Below are positions 55,948-64,000 of a DNA stretch of 64,000 nt, in pieces (position 1 is the first letter of the stretch; the number at the start of each line of letters is the position of its first letter). Origin of the DNA: the human T2T-CHM13v2.0 reference genome, Homo sapiens; the NCBI RefSeq assembly GCF_009914755.1, contig NC_060933.1. The stretch is one strand, 5' to 3'. Made by a program: the position numbers and the translations under genes. The notes below the pieces were generated by a model that was given only the letters and a program-made list of their open reading frames with translations, was not told the origin of the DNA and ran no database searches.

Positions 55948-57409
55948 GCAGTGAAAGGATGAGGGAGTTGGCAATTCTCATATGCTGAGGAAGTATGTTT
56001 GATCATGAATGTCACCTTAGGATTCATCAGCAGAAGCTTTTCTTCATCAGTTTTTTCCAGGACCTTGCCTCTTTGGAAGAAAGAAAGGAGACCTAACTAT
56101 TGTCCTTTTATTTCTTCTCTTTTGCTTTGACTTCCTTAAAAATTGGTTGAATTCATAATAGCCCTTAGAGGAGGAATGTATGTATGATTTAGAGACAAGA
56201 TATACTACTACTTCACATAGATTCTAAACCTAATCTATGTTTTCACTTACTTATTTTTGAGCATGAGGACTCTTTTTTTCATGTCATGGTCTTTAAATCT
56301 TCAAGCAAAAGCAAAACTTTATTTTCTAAGATTATGTGCAGGAATCTTCCTAGTCATGTATAGGAGAAAATGCTTATTCTCTAATTATAGACTTTCCTTC
56401 CATGTGGAGGATCTCCTCCCTTGGTGGAGACACCTCTCTTGGAGGAGTGAAGATGGGCTGACTTAACTATAACTAGCAATATTGATTAGATAAACTGGGC
56501 ATTTATAGCCCAGACCTTTCATCTCCAGAAGTGGAGCTTCCCACAGGAAGTGTACATGTCATTCTTTCTGTCAGCAGCTCTGATGTCAGGGGATGTTTTT
56601 AATAGGCTTGGATGTCCTCAGTGTGTAGACTATCACTTGAATATAAGCCACATGGGTGTAACTGAGGCCAATATTGGGAAAAATGCCTTTCTAAATACAG
56701 ACTTTTTACACATTGGAAGCAGTACAGTATTTACTGCTTGTAAAGTGAAAGTCATCTGAGTTTTGTATATCCTACATAGACAGAATTAGATTGGTTGACC
56801 CAAATTCCATTATGAATTATGGGTAAGGGGTGAGGCGAGTGATGTGAGAGGGATACAGTTGGTATTCAGGGTCAAAAGTGATCAAACACCATTTTGTTTC
56901 CAGTTGACTCTAGGCTAGCTCATTATGAATAAGGGAAAACATTACCTTGGAGTTTGTTTCTTAGGTCTCAGGAATTCTTTATTAAGAGTTAGATTTTTTT
57001 TTTAAGCCACTGTGGTACAGCACTGAAAGCGACTGTTTGCAAAAGAATGTAAATGCTATGTTACTAGATAGAGCCTGTACTCAATCCAGTCTTGGGGTGC
57101 CAGAATCTAGGACCTCAAAGGAGAAAGGGAAATTAGAAGGCTTTAAATATAGCAGATGGAAAAGAAAGCTTCCTCAAATAACATCTGGTGACAGTAGTTG
57201 CTGCTTTTCAAAAAAGACTGCATTATCCTCTGAGGGAAAAGACAATGTATTTTTCCCTTTAAAATATGGTGAATATATAGAGCCAAATATATAGTACCCA
57301 AATTAACCTTTTAATGAATTTAAAGTCCAAGTGAGCTGAAGCCCATAGATCACGTATTCTGAATACCTGGCATAGATTAACCAGTACCTCAGAAAAACTG
57401 AAGCCAGTG

Positions 57410-57520
57410 AGGAGTGCACCATGATTAGGAGCACAGGCTCTCAGGGCACCTGCCTAGGGTTTGCCTGTTGGTGCTACCACTTACTAGTTAGCTATATGAC
57501 CTTGAGCAAATTCCTTGAGG
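57410..57520 (+). mobile_element. MIR SINE, 5' part
   Basis: gagcacaggctct...ctaccacttactag...tatgaccttgagcaaattcctt. Confidence 0.75.
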
Positions 57521-57974
57521 GACTGGCTTGCCTTCTAAATGTGGTGGATGTAAGACCAGTGCATAGCCTAACTACTTAAACTTTAAGAATTCAGGTGCAA
57601 TAAAGACTTGCCATTGCATTAAGTTAACTTTGTAAGTTAAGTTGTAGTTTCCTAAAGAAACTACTTGCATTTCAGTGCAAGACCATTGTGCTAAAGAACA
57701 TCTCTGCTAAAGAGCTCCTAACTCCACCCAGGCATTGGGAACTCTGAAATTGAATTGACCAAAAGAAGAAATTGGGGAGAAATAATTTGGACTTCAGTTT
57801 CTTAGGACTTCTAACTCATGAGAGCAAAATAACTTAATTTGACACTTTAATTACTTGAGGTTTTAACTTTCATGGGAATTTAATTTTTAGACTCTATTCC
57901 CTAAGAGTTTGGTAATGAAAGTGTACATTAAAATTTGGGTATATTATTGTTGGCATTTTTAATATTGTTTTATC

Positions 57975-60723
<2,749 letters not shown>

Positions 60724-61059
60724 TGTAGCAGGTGTTAATGCCCTACCCCTATCTCCTCAAACCATAACTTCAGTTGACTTCTAGCCACTAGCATCCACTG
60801 AAGGCTTTCTGTGATGATCGAAGGTCACTCTGCTGGCCTCAGCTGAGCAGCAAGCTAGAAGCACTGGAGAAGTACATGATTCTGGAAGGAGCCATCAACC
60901 AACATCTGATGAGAGTTGATGTGTTCCTGCCCTATCTCCCTCACCTCACATGTGGAATAACTCTGAGATGCCACCTCACATGTGGAATAACTCTCAGCTG
61001 GAGTTCCCCTGCAGGTTTAAACTTCATTTACTCACAATAGAACATTTGCTTGATACCTG

Positions 61060-61094
61060 CCCCCACCCCCCGCCCCCCCCCCCCCCCCCCGCCC
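61060..61094. repeat. Poly-C tract (C5-A-C6-G-C18-G-C3)
   Basis: read directly. Confidence 0.95.
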
Positions 61095-61126
61095 TGACAC
61101 ACACACTTAGTGGCTGCTTCCCTGAC

Positions 61127-61615
61127 TGTGTTAGTTAGGGTTCTCTAAAGGGACAAGACTAACCGGCTAGAGGTATATATGGAGGGGAGTTTATTAAGGA
61201 GAATGGACTCACACGATCCCCCAAAACTCAAAAGTAGAGAAGCCAATAGTGCAGCCTTCAGTCTGTGGCCAAAGGCTGGAGAGCCCCTGGTAAATCACTG
61301 GTGTAAATCCAAGAGTCCAAAAGCTGAATAACTTGGAGTCTAATGTTCGAGGGCAGGAAGGATCTAGCATGGGAGAAAGATGGAGGCCAGAAGACTTAGC
61401 CAGTCTAGTCCTTCCACGTTCCTCTGCCTGCTTTTATCCTAGCCAAGCTGGCAACTGATTACATGGTGCCCACCCAGATTGAGGGCAGGTCTGCCTCTCC
61501 CAGTTCACTGACTCAAATATTAATCTCATTTGGCAACACCCTCACAGACACACCCAGGAACAATACTTTGCATCCTTCAAGCCAATGAAGTTGACACTCA
61601 GTATTAACCATCACA
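61127..61615 (-). mobile_element. MLT2A (MLT2A2-like) HERVL solo LTR
   Basis: tgtgttagttagggttctctaaagggac...ggcaacaccctcacagacacacccagg...gacactcagtattaaccatcaca; degenerate TSD ctgac/ccgtc. Confidence 0.93.
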
Positions 61616-61902
61616 CCGTCCTGTCTCACTTCCTCCTTTCCTATCAGTGCTTCCTGGGATTATCTCCCAAATAAAACTCTTACACTTAAATCTTTGGCTT
61701 GTGGTTTGCTTCTATGCTTCTTAGAGAACATAAACCAAGACAATACACAAAATGAATCACATAATCAAATGTGCAAGAGCTTTCTCTTATTTTTGTGAGT
61801 TGTTTATACCATAAGTTGTTTAAGTGAAGATGGATAGAGTTAACTGTGCTTGGAAATTTGATAAGGACCTGAACAACAGGAAGGTGTCTATTTGCCTAGA
61901 TC

Positions 61903-62112
61903 AAGAGTCAGCTTACTTTTCTGTAAAGACCCAGATGGTAAATATTTTAGGCTTAGGGGCCTAAATTGATACCTTCAGTTTTGGATATTATTCTTTGTGC
62001 ATTTTGTTTTTGTTACTTTATAATCCTTAAAAATATAAAAATGATTCTTAGCTCACAGGCTGCATAAAGCAGTCCATGAGTCTAATTTGGTCCACAGGCT
62101 ATTGCTTGCTAG
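61903..62112. mobile_element. MER58 (hAT-Charlie)
   Basis: ttttctgtaaagacccagatggtaaatattttaggctt...ttcttagctcacaggc...atttggtccacaggc. Confidence 0.85.
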
Positions 62113-63759
62113 ACAGAAACAAGTAAAAATATGGAGATGCTGGTTTCACAACATAACCTGGCCTCAAATGTGAGAAATTATGTTTTAAACAAGTTCTCAT
62201 TCTTCAATATTGATTTATATTTACACAGATAGCCAAGGGTATTGGCTGTGGGACAAGATGCGCTTAAATCTTGTAATGATCTAAGTTTAAATAAGACAGA
62301 AATGTATGTTCTCCTGCAAATGTTCTCCTCCAAAACCACATGAAGGGAAAAAGTGCTTGGCACAGCCTTCTTTTGTGGGGGAGGATTATTATTTTAACAA
62401 AAACATTTGTAAAATAGTTCTGGAGACTCAACAAACCAAAGAGGTAATTGACTTTGCCCTCAGGAGTCATTCTGCACCTTCAGCCTACACCCCAAATATA
62501 TTCATATTTTAGAGCAGAATTTTAGCTTTTATAACCTTCACAATGTGTTCACAGCATTAAATATATTGAGGGAGGAAAGTCCAAATGGGGTGATTTATTT
62601 GAGAAATTCCCAGATTGAGGGAAGGTGTCTCTTTGAAATGGTTGCCTCAGGGAAAGAGTATATTGTGATATATTTAGTAAATGATGTTAAGGAAAACTTC
62701 AGTGCACTATATAAATTGGGGATTGGGGAGGGAATAGAAAGAGAGAAAAATGTTTTCAATGAAGGAGATTTATGTACCAAGAAATAGTTTGGAAAAGAAA
62801 TATTTTCTTTTGTTTCCTTAACCCTGATAGATTTAAAGGCTTTGGAAAGCTGAGGCAGAAAATTATTTTCACCTTTTCTGCTTTTACACTACTCCTTACT
62901 GTTTCTCCATAGTATATCACATGGCAATGTATTTTCCTGTTTCCATTTCTTGCTCGTAACACAAAATAATATGAATGTCTGAACTCTGTTGCTTGAAGAC
63001 AAGCATAGTTTGAAATCACATCCATTCCTCTTAGAAAGTGTTTAGCTGTATTGGTCCTCATGAGAACTAGTAGCTGTTGTCTAGAGCCTAAGAGAAGAAA
63101 TTGTGTTTCTGCTTAGAAGTCCTACTTTCTGTGGCAAAAGGAGTTAAGACTCAATATCCCTTTATGAATAAGGCAGTCTGAAGCATCAGTACTTGGACTT
63201 TGAAGTGTTTAGCTGACTCAATTCATCCTTAGTAATGGGGGATCAGAAGAATATGATGGTTAAAATTATCAGAAAATGTGGAAATCACTGAGTCTGATAT
63301 ACCTCAGTTTCTGTCTCAAAGCTATTAATGTGTAGCCAAGTGGATGTGCTGGATACCTGGCTCCTACCTGAGTTTCTGATGGAGATAACATGATCATGGA
63401 ATAAGACAAAAAGAAATCAAAGAGGAAAGAGAGAACTGCAAAGAATATGAATTTCTTATTACTAGATAATCAACCTCTGAGCAATTGAAGGTTAGCTGTG
63501 TGTGACTTTGGGAAGGGAATTTCATGATTTCCAAACTTTCTTTTCTTCCTAATTGAGGAACCTTGTTTACGTCATGGTAAGCCTAAGTGAATCAAGGGTT
63601 TTGGGCTTTATAGAGATTATGATAATTCCTACAGATCACTAAGGAAAAGTATTTACTATTTATCTCATATCCTTGAACCTCACAACATGTCAAAGCTATT
63701 TATAGAGGGTCTTCTATGCTCAGCCTAGGATAAAATGCACTAAAAAGACAGAATATGTA

Positions 63760-64000
<241 letters not shown>

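Larger units (their letters stand above)
60724..61742 (+). mobile_element. LTR16A-like 3' LTR of the ERVL remnant, split by MLT2A
   Basis: tgtagcagg...ccatcaaccaacatctgatgagagttg...ggaataactctgag...cttcctgggattatctcccaaataaaactc...ccaagaca. Confidence 0.85.

Overview
Repeat-dense, CpG-poor, non-coding human genomic DNA (intergenic or deep intronic). A near-consensus AluYb8 at 58883 points to human, since that subfamily is human-specific. I find no protein-coding gene, RNA gene, CpG island or CRISPR array. The listed ORFs are chance ORFs or decayed Alu/L1/LTR fragments. About 1-29 kb is old mammalian sequence (MIR, L2, L3, MER5, MER113, MER102, MLT1/MST/THE1, MER4-group and LTR16 LTRs) with a few repeat-free islands. 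About 29.7-54.1 kb is almost entirely L1. It includes a three-level nest: an L1PA16-like element split by a near-full-length L1MA2/3-like element with a TSD. That element carries an AluY, a local inversion, and a 5'-intact, 3'-missing L1P3-like insert at a ~0.87-kb deletion with a templated, fold-back junction. About 58-61.7 kb is a decayed ERVL provirus remnant (RT, tether, IN, dUTPase, 3' LTR16A) hit by AluYb8 and MLT2A. I found no new biological system; the best leads are transposon rearrangement and repair signatures plus one weak candidate exon. Subfamily names come from my recall of consensus sequences, and old-repeat boundaries are approximate (+/-20-50 nt); RepeatMasker/Dfam should confirm them.
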